DNA of 64,000 nt from Antechinus flavipes (taxonomy: Eukaryota). A model generated the notes under the pieces. It worked only from the letters and a program-made list of their open reading frames with translations, made no database searches and was not told where the DNA came from. How positions within the stretch are numbered: the stretch's first letter is position 1; the number at the start of each line of letters is the position of its first letter. Of this stretch, positions 52,299-64,000 are shown piece after piece. Location of the stretch: the NCBI RefSeq assembly GCF_016432865.1, contig NC_067401.1, positions 52,080,001 to 52,144,000 of the forward strand. Reading direction: 5' to 3'. The translations under genes and the position numbers were made by a program.

Positions 52299-52609
52299 GC
52301 AGCGGGGCGGGGCGCAGAGATAGCCGCGCGAGGAAAGAGAAACAACTTTATTGACAAGCCGTCCAGAGCGGATACGGACAGTCGAGGCAGGCCTGGTAAT
52401 AGTGGGAGAATGGGAGAGTGGGAGGGGCGGAGAGACGGAGGGACGAAGAGAGGGAGAGTAAAAGCCAATAGAGAGGCTGGAGTAAAGAGCGAGAGAGAGA
52501 GAGAGGCGGGATCAAAAGAGACTAGAAATCAAGGGCGGGCCGGAGGGGCGAGTCAAAGTGGAAGGAGGGTGGGGCCCGTAGGGGAGGAGGTCCTAAGTGT
52601 GGTGCCGCC

Positions 52610-52628
52610 TGCCAGCAGAGGGCGCCAC
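52610..52628 (+). promoter_or_regulatory. CTCF motif
   Basis: TGCCAGCAGAGGGCGCCAC fits the CCASYAGRKGGCRS core at every position. Confidence 0.7.
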
Positions 52629-52918
52629 CGGCTCACACTTTGGTGTGTCGCTCTGGGATTCCTGGGCGAGGCTCCTCTCCTTTTTCCCCTTCCCCCACCC
52701 CTCCCCTGGTGACTTGGGTACGGGAGGAGTCATGCAGCCCAGCCCCCGGCCCAAGAGGGTAGGTCAGCCAGGTCCCTCGAGTCTACTGGGGGCTTCCCCG
52801 CGCTTGGAAATCTCCGGGGGACGCAACGGCTGGAACCAACGAAGCCTCTTTTCAGACCCTCCCCCTCTCTCTCTGCGCTCAGCTCGCCCCGCCCCCGACA
52901 TCCGGGCTATTGTTGTCC

Positions 52919-52958
52919 TGACGTCACGGCCGAAAACATTGTAGACGTCATAGCGTCA
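52919..52958. promoter_or_regulatory. CRE/ATF cluster
   Basis: Perfect TGACGTCA at 52919-52926, AGACGTCA at 52943-52950 and a GCGTCA half-site at 52953-52958. Confidence 0.6.
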
Positions 52959-53689
52959 TCACAAAGACGCAGCGAGCGCCTAGGTCCCTGAAGTCTTAGG
53001 TCCAACCGATCTTAGCTCGATTATTTTTCAAAAATAATTGAACCTCCAGCTTTGTATTATCAGGCGCTTACTATGTGCCAGGGACTGGGAAAACAAAAGG
53101 AGGCAAAAGACAATGCCCGCCCTCTAGGAGCTTCCAGTCTAAAGAGATATTCGTAAAGCGCTTAGCACTACCTGGCACATAGTAGGCGGTTAATAAGGTT
53201 TCTTCCGTACTTGGCCGTGCCGAAGGAAAAAATCAGGCAAAAATAACTCCCAGGGGTTAGCCTCTGACGATGTATGCAACATTCTGCCCCTGGAGTTCCC
53301 CACCCTCGGCCAAGAAAAACCTATTTCCCACAATGATTCACTGTCCACCACATGGGTTACAGAGGAATCGGACTTGCAGAAAGGAAAGGGACTTGGTCAA
53401 GGTCACACAAGTTAGCGATCAGCCTGGCTGGAAACTGGACCAAAGTCCGCCGACAGACACCGTTTCAACGAAGCTAGTTTGCCCTCGTTGTTCTGTGGGT
53501 CTGTAAGCCAGTATCCCCTCCCTCCTAACGAGATGGTTTCCGACCCATCTATTGATATTCTGTTTGTTCCCAAATGCAACAGGCACGTATTAAATGCTTA
53601 CTATGGGTTGATACTGTCCTAAAAATAGAAGCAAAAATAAAGACAACTCCTGTCCCCAAGAAGCTTACTTTCCAGTGAAGGAAGACAAT

Positions 53690-54950
53690 AATAGGTCAAT
53701 AAGAAGTTATTAAAAATCTTTCTTTGTGCTGGACACTGTGCTAAGCCCTGAAGAAGAAAATAAAGGCAAAAGGCAGTCTGCCTTCAAGGAGCTCACAGTC
53801 TAACGGGAGAAAGACAAGCAAACAACAGTATTCAAACGAGATATTGGCTAAGTTGGAGATAATCTACAGAGGGCAGACACTTGCATTAAGGGGGATGGGG
53901 AAAAGCTTCTTGAAGAAAGTGGAACTATAGCTGAGATTTAAAGGAAGCTGGAAGGCAGAGATGAAGAGGCAGAAAATTCCTGGAATGAAGGACGGCCAGG
54001 GAAAATTTCTGGAGGCAGAAGTGTCTGGATCACAGACTATGTGCAAGGTGGTAAAGTGCAAGGAGATTGGAAAATTAGGAAGGAGCCAGGTTGTAAAAAG
54101 GCTCTAAAAGCCAGATAAAGGGTTTTATATTTTATCCTGAAGGTGCTAGATAGCCACTAGAGTTTATTGACTGGAGGAGTCACATGGTCAGACCTGCTTT
54201 TTGAGGAGATAAATTTGACAGCTGAAGGAAAAATGGACTGGAGGGGAGAGAGCCTTAAGGAACAGAGCTCCAGGTGTGAGATGATGACGACCTGCCCCAA
54301 GGTAGTGACAATATCAGAACAGAGCAGGTGCTATACATGAGAGATGTTATGAAGGTCAAACCAACAGAACTTAGTAATGGACTGAATGGATGGGGAGAGT
54401 TATGGGAGAGAGAAAAGGGATAAGAATATATTACTTTAGTTTTAAACCGGGTTTCTGAAAGCATGGTGCTAACTTCCACAATAACAGGAATGTTAGGAAG
54501 AGGAAAAAGTTTGAGAGGGAGATATTGTTTAGTTTTGTACATGTGTTTGAAATAATTACAGGACACCTAGTTTGAGATTCCATCAGGCAGTTGGAAATGG
54601 AAGTCTGGAGATCAGAAGAAATTGGATGGGTAAATTTTAGAATCAGCAGCATAGAAATGATCATTGAATTGATGAGAGTTGATTAAATGACCAAGTCATA
54701 AGATGAAGAAGAGAGGAGAGACGGAGACCTGTTGAGTGACTCAGATGAAGCTCTAGCAAAGGAGAAGGAATGATCAGATAGGTAGGAGGAGACCAGGAAA
54801 CAGTAGTGTCATGAAAACCTAGAGAGAATAAAGTGGTAAGAAGAAATGATGATCAAAAATGTCAAAGGCAGCAATGGTTAAGAAGGATGAGAACTGAGAG
54901 AAGACCTATTAATAGATCATCAGATTTGGCCAGTAGGAGAGCATTAGTAA
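53690..54950 (-). mobile_element. Cluster of degraded LINE-2 fragments
   Basis: L2-like reverse-strand text (actgtgctaagc...ccttcaaggagctcacagtcta; ...ggcagttggaaatgg...). Boundaries are approximate. Confidence 0.55.
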
Positions 54951-55886
54951 CTCTAAAAATGGAGTCCCAAAATGAATTTGGGAATCAGAGATTTAATGAG
55001 AATTAAAAGAATGTTCTGACCTCGAGTCATAGAATTGATTGGAATGAGAGGAGTAAAAGTTGGTAGCAGGAAAAGATTAAAAGAGTGGAATTAATTTCAG
55101 CCTGGAATACGGTATTAGATGAATTTTGCTATATGAACCCTTTAACTAGGCATTAAAAGATCTTTGGTAGGGAGGAGCTAGCCACTAATCTCTATGGTAA
55201 AGTCCCGAATTCAGCAGCAGAGAGTCACTCAGCAAGGGGAAAAAAAATCAGTGAACCAATCACACCCAGAAGAGATAATATGACAGTGGAGAAAGTGATA
55301 TTCATTAAAGATCTTACTGTCAGTAGGAGAAGGTACATGAAGAACAGGTGTGAATAACTAGGAAATATGCAGGAAGGAACTCATATATAGGAACACGTGT
55401 GTGGTAAGGACAAGTCACATCTTCAGTCCTGCTAGATCACACTTCTACTCTCCATTCCATCATCTCTTTTGACCAGGATATCTATATTTAACTGAATGTG
55501 CTCTCTCCACGGGTCTTATTTTGACTAAGCTACTCTCTGCTATTATATGTTGGTTTTCAGAGCCTTTAGGGCTATATAGTGGGAATAAAGCAGATGATAT
55601 GACCTACTTGGAAAGGAAGGGACTGTTCAGAGTCTCTTAGTGCAGAGTTGAGGTCAACAAGCCACCATTCTGAGCCAGAAAGCCAGCAACAGTTTCAGAT
55701 TAAGTGTATTCTTTTGATTGTCTTTCTCCAGATATTAATTCCCAGGGACTCTCTCTGATTTGGGATTAGAAATTCTTTTAGCTCCCATTGAATTTCTGAT
55801 GTCAAGCTATGCCACCAAAAACCATTAAGGAACTCACCTCAATCCAATACAAATTTAATTGAGGCAATATAAATCTCCATTATGTG

Positions 55887-55890
<4 letters not shown>

Positions 55891-55928
<38 letters not shown>
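55891..55928. repeat. (CA)19 microsatellite
   Basis: Read directly from the sequence. Confidence 0.95.
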
Positions 55929-55930
<2 letters not shown>

Positions 55931-56934
55931 TAAACCTAGGGGCAAGAATAAAAGGGCTTCAGGAAGCCAGGGACTATGCCTTTGCTTGTTTATGTTTCTG
56001 ACTTTATTATCTATATCTGTCAGCAAAAAACAAACAAACCAATTTCCTGCTCTGTAGCATTCTGACCATCACAAAAGTAACACTGAGAGAGATATTTATT
56101 AAGCTCCTACAGCATTGTGCTAGGCACTGAGGATAATAGTACAAAGAATAAAACAATCCCTACTCAAAAAGAATTTACATTCCAATGGGGAAAACAATTA
56201 CACATATAATCAAATACAGAATGAATATATATATATATATATGAATATGTATTCATATATATGTATATAGAAGAAATACAAAGTAGCTAAACACATGATA
56301 TTTTGGAAGAGAAGACACTAGCATCTGGGAATATTAGGAAAAGTTTCATGAAGCAGATGGTACTTGATCTGAGTCTTAAAGGAAGAGAGGAATTCTGGAA
56401 AATGGAAGAGAAGAGAAATTGTGTTCTGAAAAAAGGCGGACACGGACATGGGGGGAAATTACACCAAATGAGCTATCATCAGTAAGTTTTTCATCTTGAG
56501 TTTTTCTAGTTGCTTTAATGAGCTTGTATTGATCCTTTCACCAGATGGATACTCCTTAACAGGTATTAGCCAAATATGACAAAAATCATCTATTTTTAAA
56601 ACTAAAATGTCGTAATGAAGTGACAGACAGAATCAGCCGTAGGTAATAAGAATTCATTAGACTGATATTGTTAGGCAAGGCACCTCATGGGCATGTATGT
56701 CAGGTATGTGAGGTATGCTGGGCACACCCTAATGTTTCAAATAGAATTGATAAGTTGTCTTTCATTTTTAAAGTTAAGGTGTTATTTTTAAATATTAAGT
56801 TTTTGATTATTTGTCTTGATGAATTCAAGATCCTTTGTGAATAAGTAATCAATAAATTTTTACCTTGAAAAATTTTCCTGTTGTTATCAAATATTATTGT
56901 TTTATAAGAAATGATCAGTAGCATGATTTCAGAA

Positions 56935-57535
56935 ATGCCTGCAGAGACTTAACATGAACTATTGGTAAGTGAAGTAAATAGAACCAAGTGAATATTGTGC
57001 ACAGCAACAACAAGATTATTCGATGATCAATTCTGATTGATGTGGCTCTTTTCAACAGAGAGGTGATTCAGACCAATTCCAATAGACTTGTGATGGAGAG
57101 AGCAATTTGCATCCAGAGAGAGAAATATGGAGACTGAATGTGGATGATAATATAATCTTTTCACCTTTTTGTTGTTGTTTGCTTGCTTTTCATTTTCTTT
57201 CTCTTTTTTTTTTCATTTGATCTTATTTCTCTTGTGCAGTATGATAATTATAGAAATGTGTATAGGAGAATTGTACATTTTTGACATATATTGGACTACT
57301 TGCTGTCTAAGGGAAAGAGTAGGGAGAAAGGAGGGAAAAAATTTGGAACCCAAGGTTTTGCAAGGGTGAATGTTGAAAATTATGCATATGTTTTGAAAAT
57401 AAAAAGTTTTGATAAAATATATTGGATTGCTTGCTATCTAGGGGAAAGGATGGGGAAAGAGAGGGAGAAAAAAAATTGAAACAAAATTTTACAAGGATGA
57501 CTGTTCCATATATTTTGAAAATAAAGAGCTAATTT
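56935..57535 (+). mobile_element. L1 ORF2 end plus 3'UTR fragment with a duplicated terminus
   Basis: Similar to the reverse complement of the young L1 (catgaact...agtgaa...agaacc). Purine-rich 3' end with AATAAA present twice. Confidence 0.65.
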
Positions 57536-57624
57536 TTTTTATTCTTAGCTGCACACGTTAATACAATGTTCTGACTACACCTATGCTGTCCTTCTAAGAG
57601 AATAAAAGTAACACATTTAGTATT

Positions 57625-57870
57625 TAGATGACACAGTGATAAAGTGCTGAGCCTCGAGTTCAGAAAGATTCATCTTCTTGAATTCAAATCTGGACTTAGA
57701 TACTTACTACTTCTGTGATCTTGGGCAGATCACGTAATCCTGTTTGCCTCAGTTTCCTCATCTGTAAAATGATCTAGAGAACACCATACCACACCAGTAT
57801 CTTTACCTAAGAAAACCCCAAATGGAGGTCACAAAGAGTTGGACATAACTGAAATGACCCAACCACAAAA
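57625..57870 (+). mobile_element. Marsupial CORE-SINE (MAR1/WSINE-like)
   Basis: tttgcctcagtttcctcatctgtaaaatga...aagaaaaccccaaatgg...tcacaaagagttggac. Confidence 0.7.
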
Positions 57871-59854
57871 TTTAGTATTAGGCATCATTTGATTTGATGC
57901 AAATGGTATAGAGAGGAGGCAGAAGAGGAATAATGGCCTGAACTCTCTAGGACTCTAACTAGCAGTGTAGTTCATAGAGATTTGCCTGATCATGTTTTAG
58001 AGAAATCTGACTGTGGTCTTCTCCACCCTTCTCCACCCAATTCTTCCTTCTATCCCAGAGACTGATTTGATTAATTGCCCCGATTAAGCACTAAAGCCTG
58101 ATCCTTTGGGGAGCAAGGCGTCAAGTTTGCTTTTCTCCTTGTGAGAATTGGCTGGGCCTTATTCATTCTAATCCAGGCAGCATAATAAATAACCTGCCCC
58201 CTTTGGCAAGGAGTTTATTACAGACTGATGGGATATTTAACAATAACTGGGGGCCCCATGATTTATTAGGTAGGAAGGTTCACAGCGTCTCTGAAGATGG
58301 AGAATGTAGAATTTAATTGATAAAGTGGCTGTCAGTAGCAATGAGACGTGCTCAATAGAATCTGCATTTAAGTGTTTTTCATTGGAGCTGTCAGGAAGAG
58401 TTTTTGTTAATCATATTCTGTTCCTGGAGATGATGGTATCTGCCACTGATATGTAGGTGAGGGACAAATGGTGAGAAAGGGGGACTGAAAGAAGGGGAAT
58501 GGGAAAGGAGCACCTGTCAGTTGTATAGTTCCCCCAGAGGACATTATACAAAAAAATTAAAAACATTTTTAAAAGGACATATAATTATGACCATTTTAAC
58601 TGGTCTCTATCTTCTCTTTGCATTAATACATACAATTCACATAAAATATATACAACATGTGTGATCATAAATGTAAAATGATTTACATCCACCATACTCT
58701 GAACTGTGTTGTGCATATTCAATATGTGTGTTTGGATGTGTGCATGTGTATCCACATCTCTTCCATTTACATGAAAGCAATAATCAGGTTACAATTCCAC
58801 CTGCTACCCATCTTCCATCCAAGGTGAAGGACACTGAGCTCCAAATCACGAATCTTATCTTTCTTTTTTGTTCCTGGCCTTGGAAACCAGAAATTAATGT
58901 TGTCTGAGGTGTGATATGTATCCAACTTCTGGGCCTTTCACACATACAGCCTATTTCTTATCAGAAAGGGAAGTCATATTTGATCTCGGACCATCATGAA
59001 CAATGAAGCAGCTGTGGTGTGAGCCCTTTGAAAACGAAGACTATTTTTTGCCTTTCTTTGTATGTCCACCCTTAGCACAGTGCTTAGCACATAGTAGGTG
59101 CTTAATAAATGCTGACTTGATCTGATCGGTATAGCATTTGGACTCGGATAACCCAGGTCCAAAAATTGGCCCTGCCATTTACACCCTATGTAAGTAATTT
59201 CAAGCAAATCACCTGTCTTCCCTGAGCCTCAGGTTCCACAGTGATGAAATGAGAATACCTGTAAGGTAGCTTCCAGCTTTACAGCTAAAATCCTATAGCC
59301 TGGAGCCTTCTTAGGCCTTTCAGCTAGAGTCCTATACCCTCCTCACCTGACCCCCCTCCCATTTCCCACCCTTGCCCCATCCGCCCAGGACCATGTAGGA
59401 CATGATGAGTGGGCTCCCTCGGTTAGAACTGTGCTCTCTTCCTTTAATCCTTCTGTGTCTATTCTTAGCCCCTGAGGTTTGTCTGCCTCCTCGTTCCTTC
59501 TAGCCAGAGAAACTGGGAGGGGGAGATGCCCTGCGAAGAACAAACAATTGTCGCTGTCTAATCTGGGCCTTCACGATGACACAAAGGGGCCTCGGAGCAG
59601 GATGGATACAGCAACTGGTTTGATTAAATCAAACTTCTACGGCTAGCTTGCTAAATTAAACTGACAGGCGCTGAGCAGATAACGAAGGGCTGCGGGAGCA
59701 TCTCCTCAGGTGGTGGGGGAGGCAGCGACGGGATGTCAGGAGATCAAGTACTCACAGAACATTGACTTTGCCCTTTTCCTTATTTTCTGAGTCTAGCGAG
59801 CAAATGAGAGTTACAGCTATGAGATTCTTAAATGCCTTCCTGGAAATTTAGGAG

Positions 59855-59856
<2 letters not shown>

Positions 59857-59898
<42 letters not shown>
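59857..59898. repeat. (GT)21 microsatellite
   Basis: Read directly from the sequence. Confidence 0.95.
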
Positions 59899-59900
<2 letters not shown>

Positions 59901-60124
59901 ACACATATATATACATATATACAAACATAATACATGCATATGTACACATTCATACATGCACACACTTAGACTGCTGTGAGATGCAGCATATTCCAATGGA
60001 AAGAGAAATAGGTTTTCAGTCAAGGGAAGTGGGTTCAAATCCTATCTCTGACACTTTCTAATTCTATGCCCTTGATCAAGCAACTCTCAGTGCTTCAGGC
60101 TTTTCATCTGAAAATGATGACCCT

Positions 60125-60320
60125 CATGTATACTTATTATGTATCTAATTTATACTTTAATATATTTAACATCTACTGGTCAACCTGCCATCTGGGGGAG
60201 GGGATGGGGGCAAGGAGGTGAAAAATTGGAACAAAAGGTTTGGCAATTGTCAATGCTGTAAAATTACCCATACATATAGCCTGTAAATAAAAAGCTATTT
60301 TAAAAAAAAAAAGAAAGAAA
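60125..60320 (+). mobile_element. Very short L1 3'-end insertion nested in a MIR-like SINE
   Basis: AATAAA followed by an A-rich tail. 15-bp TSD GAAAATGATGACCCT at 60110-60124 and 60321-60335. The interrupted MIR-like sequence continues on both sides. Confidence 0.8.
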
Positions 60321-62148
60321 GAAAATGATGACCCTGATTAATATAACCTCAAAGGTCCCTTTTAAGCGCTAAAATTAATGATCCTGTGCTTTTTGTTGTT
60401 CAGTCATTCCCACTCCTCCTGACCCCATTTCTTGGCAAAGATATCAGAGTGATTTGCCATTTTCTTCTCCGACTCTTTTTACAGATGAGGAAACAGGTAG
60501 ACAGGCAGTGTAATTTGCCCAGTGTCACAGAGCTATTTTTGCCAAATTTGTACCCAGACCTTCCTGATTCCAGGCCCAGTGCTGTACTGTCTATGCTACC
60601 TCCCAAGCAAACTCAGAAAATGTGTTCAAAGATAATATCTTGCACTGTACTCTGCTTTGTTTTCCAAAAGAGACTTCCCAAGATGCAATCTCATTTTATC
60701 TTTAATAACACAACAGGTGAATAGGAAAGGAATTATATACCCCATTTTTCAGATGTAAAAACTAAGGCACAGAATGGGTAAATTATTCAGTTCCTTCACA
60801 GGAGAATTTGTCAAGCACCTATCAGTTGGTGCAGAACACTGTGGAAGGTTGTAGGGACATAAAGATAAAAAACAAGGCAAACACTAAGAACTTGTGGTCT
60901 GCAATGAGAATACATGGCCAAAGTTTAGATTCCCAGATGTTGAGGAGAGGAGAGAGCAAGATCACTCAGGGAATCAGTGGCAAGCTGAGAACCTAGAACT
61001 CCTGATGGGGTCTAGCACTTTTCCCACTGCTTTACTCCACTCCACAAATCCATGAAGAGTAAGACCATCAGTGTCATTCCCTCCCATAATTTTAGGAAAA
61101 GTGCAAATTGAAGTTCAGACAAATATCGTCTCCTCCATGAAGGCTTCCCTGATCCTACTGTACCACTTTGAGACTGACTTCCCCGGTTTCCTCTCACATT
61201 AGCAGCCAGGGTCCCTACAGCCAACCTCAGAGGTAGTCAGCAGTAAGAGGCTAGGATTTGTAGCTTTGTCAGTCAGTCAGAATCTCCCACTGGTGTGTCC
61301 CCACAATCAATTAGCTTCAAGGAGAGTCAAAAAACTGCTCTGCCAGTGACCCCAGCTGAAGGCATTTCCACCCAGAGGTGTTCTGGGCTGGGCTGCAGCC
61401 CACCCCCAGGAGGGAACGGACTTCTCTCTTTGCAATCATCACAGCGCCGGACCTAGCTCTATCTCCTGCACATGGAGTCTCATTTGTGTTATGGGGCCTT
61501 ATCTCCCATACTGGACCATAAGTATCTAGACAGGAAGAGGATCCCCTCGTGTTTCTCCCTCAGCTCTCAGTCTGACACAACAAGCACCCAACAATACCAG
61601 CCCGCAGCCGCCTGCTAATGGCGTTCCACCTTCATTTTCTCTTTCCGGGCCAGTTTTCCGCTGGCCATTTGGCAAGAGGCTGAGAGCTAATCTAAGGATC
61701 TTGAGGTTCTACATGAGCACACACACATAAAGGTACAGGATCTCTTCCACCCCCTTTCACCCTCACCCAAGAGGTACTTCCATTGCCTATTCGTGATGTG
61801 CTTACAGCACCTGGTTTAATTGGGTCCAGGAGCTTCAGCAGAGAGAACAAGCTCTGGTGTTTCCTCCTCAGCTCGAAAGGCTGAGCACAGACCACCAAGG
61901 GCTCCGTCCTCCAACACCTCCCAGGTTCGGAAAGTCTCCTTGCCAGAAATTTGGCCACAGGAGGCTGACACCGCAACGTACAGAAGACCTTCTTTTAAGG
62001 TGTGGGAGGTTTGTGGATTTTATCAGTTAGGGGAGGAACAGCATCAGAATCCCAGATTTCTGTCAGACTTTAAGGTTTACCGAATATTTTCACCACGAGA
62101 GCCCTGGGAGGGAGGGAGTGAAATTAGTTTTATGCCCATTTTCCATTT

Positions 62149-62165
62149 TGCCAGCAGGTGGCATT
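62149..62165 (+). promoter_or_regulatory. CTCF motif
   Basis: TGCCAGCAGGTGGCATT matches the CTCF core except at the last position; same orientation as the 52610 site. Confidence 0.5.
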
Positions 62166-62394
62166 GATAGCTACTGTCTGAATATGGAACTGGTTTTGTC
62201 CCACGCTCATGCTGGTGGTTGTGCAAGCCCCAGTGGGGCAGAAGGGCCAAAATGTCTACTGTTCTCAGACAGTCAGCATTCTCTGCCATTCTCTAGAGAG
62301 AGCACCAACTTGTTGTCAAGGGATGTAGACTGGTAGATCCATCCAATTAAAATTTAGTTGTGACCCCCACCCCCTTCACTGGCAAAAACTTACC

Positions 62395-63055
62395 TTCTTT
62401 CTTGCTCTTTCTTTCTCTCTGTGTCTCTCTGTGTCTCTGTCTCTCTATCTCTGTGTGTCTCTGTCTCATCTCTGTGTGTGTGTGTTTCTCTGTCTGTGTG
62501 TGTGTGTGTGTGTGTGTCTTTCTCCCTGTCATCTCTCTCTCTGTCTCGCTAATCTCTCTCTTTCTCTCTCTGTCTCTGTGTGTGTGTCTCTCTCTCCCTC
62601 TCATCTCTTTGTGTGTCTCTCTGTCTCTCTCTTTCCCTCTCTCTCATCTTTCTCTGTCTCTCTATCTATCTCTGTGTGTGTCTCTCTCCCTCTCATCTGT
62701 CTCTCTGTCTNNNNNNNNNNNNNNNNNNNNNNNNNNNNNNNNNNNNNNNNNNNNNNNNNNNNNNNNNNNNNNNNNNNNNNNNNNNNNNNNNNNNNNNNNN
62801 NNNNNNNNNNNNNNNNNNNNNNNNNNNNNNNNNNNNNNNNNNNNNNNNNNNNNNNNNNNNNNNNNNNNNNNNNNNNNNNNNNNNNNNNNNNNNNNNNNNN
62901 NNNNNNNNNNNNNNNNTATATCTGTGTGTGCGTCTCTCTCCCTCGCATCTCTCTCTCTCTGTCTCTCTGTTTCTGTCTCTATCTCTCTCTGTTTCTCTGT
63001 GTGTGTCTCTGTCTCATCTCTGTGTGTTTCTCTGTCTCTCTGGGTGTGTGTCTCT
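62395..63055. repeat. Compound (CT)n/(GT)n low-complexity repeat, interrupted and followed by assembly gaps
   Basis: Mixed TCTC/TGTG runs; N at 62711-62916 and 63056-63189. Confidence 0.9.
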
Positions 63056-64000
63056 NNNNNNNNNNNNNNNNNNNNNNNNNNNNNNNNNNNNNNNNNNNNN
63101 NNNNNNNNNNNNNNNNNNNNNNNNNNNNNNNNNNNNNNNNNNNNNNNNNNNNNNNNNNNNNNNNNNNNNNNNNNNNNNNNNNNNNNNNNAAACAGATATG
63201 CATATATAGACATATATGTATATAGAGAGAACTTGCTATATATTATATATGTGTGTGTATATATACATTATATATGTAAGGGCTCATCATGTGACTTTAG
63301 TATAATGGAGTTAACTATATAGAAGATGATAAAAGTGCTTAAATGATGCATGCAGTTTTTTTTTCCTCTTGGCTTAGAAATAGTAACTAATGACTATATA
63401 ATAATATGTGATAGTATATAAAAATAACGATAAAATCATAACAATATAGAAATAATGATTAATAACAAGGAAACAATAATAAGCATCTATGTTGCATATC
63501 CACTGTTCTCCTAGACTTGAAAAGTTCCTCAGACATAGGATTAATCTGGACCTTGGAGTTTAATAGAATGTACAATTAGAATTGGTTTTTCCCCCTTTGA
63601 ATGGACAAAGGAGTGCCTGTTTGATGCTTTGTTCATTGGATAAGAAAGTAGAAATTATGGAGGAATTCTTTCTCTAGGACCCAGAGTATGGGGAATGGAC
63701 TCAAGATGTGGGTAAACTCAGGAGAAAATTGAAGACCCCATAACAGGAGACATTCTCTATCTTGGCCATTTTGTCCTGACAGAGACCTCCAAGCTTGACT
63801 GGTCATATCTATAAAATTCTATAGCCAAGCTCCATACAGAAAGAGCCTACAATTCATCACTGCTGGTTCTGGAGTTTTTTTCTTTCCCATTTTGAGCTTT
63901 AATGCAACAAAAGATGCCTGTCGCTCCTCATTTGTGACCATCCCCAGACAAATATCTACCTCTCTGTGTCCAGGACTGACGCAGACAGACTAATAGAGTC

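Larger units (their letters stand above)
51700..53000. promoter_or_regulatory. CpG island covering DDX20 exon 1 and its promoter, probably bidirectional
   Basis: Dense CpG and high GC against a CpG-depleted background. GC boxes at 52304-52313 and 52886-52895. Boundaries are approximate. Confidence 0.85.

Noticed and set aside
63520-64000. Possible ERV internal fragment at the right edge
   Set aside because: No ORF or diagnostic motif could be recognised; needs RepeatMasker.
53000-64000. INKA2 (FAM212B) coding exons expected from human synteny
   Set aside because: No INKA2-like reading frame was found; the gene probably lies beyond the window.

Overview
Mammalian genomic DNA, most likely a marsupial (dasyurid-like, inferred from the MAR1/WSINE-type SINE tails, dense MIR/L2 relics and the style of the young L1). 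It comes from a gapped assembly with five N runs. Two genes converge tail-to-tail. On the + strand is the 3' part of KCND3 (Kv4.3): five coding exons of 163, 102, 90, 248 and 202 nt plus a probable ~5 kb 3'UTR. The 57-nt exon of the long isoform is not visible and may lie in an N gap. On the - strand is the complete 11-exon DDX20 (Gemin3) CDS, 2475 nt = 824 aa, all introns GT-AG, starting in a CpG island. No coding exon was recognised in 53-64 kb; human synteny predicts INKA2 further right. No prokaryote-type system (CRISPR, operon, RNA gene) is supported. The most unusual signals are: (1) a 7 x 24-nt intronic array with an invariant near-palindromic CRE-like core; (2) a G4/GGAATG/RBFOX-site cluster around the gap where the Kv4.3L exon is expected; (3) a young L1 whose 16-bp target-site duplication overlaps a candidate KCND3 branch point; (4) a GATA-rich 76/80-bp minisatellite; (5) a symmetric BANP-CTCF-CRE promoter island. 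All functional interpretations of these signals are inferences that need testing.
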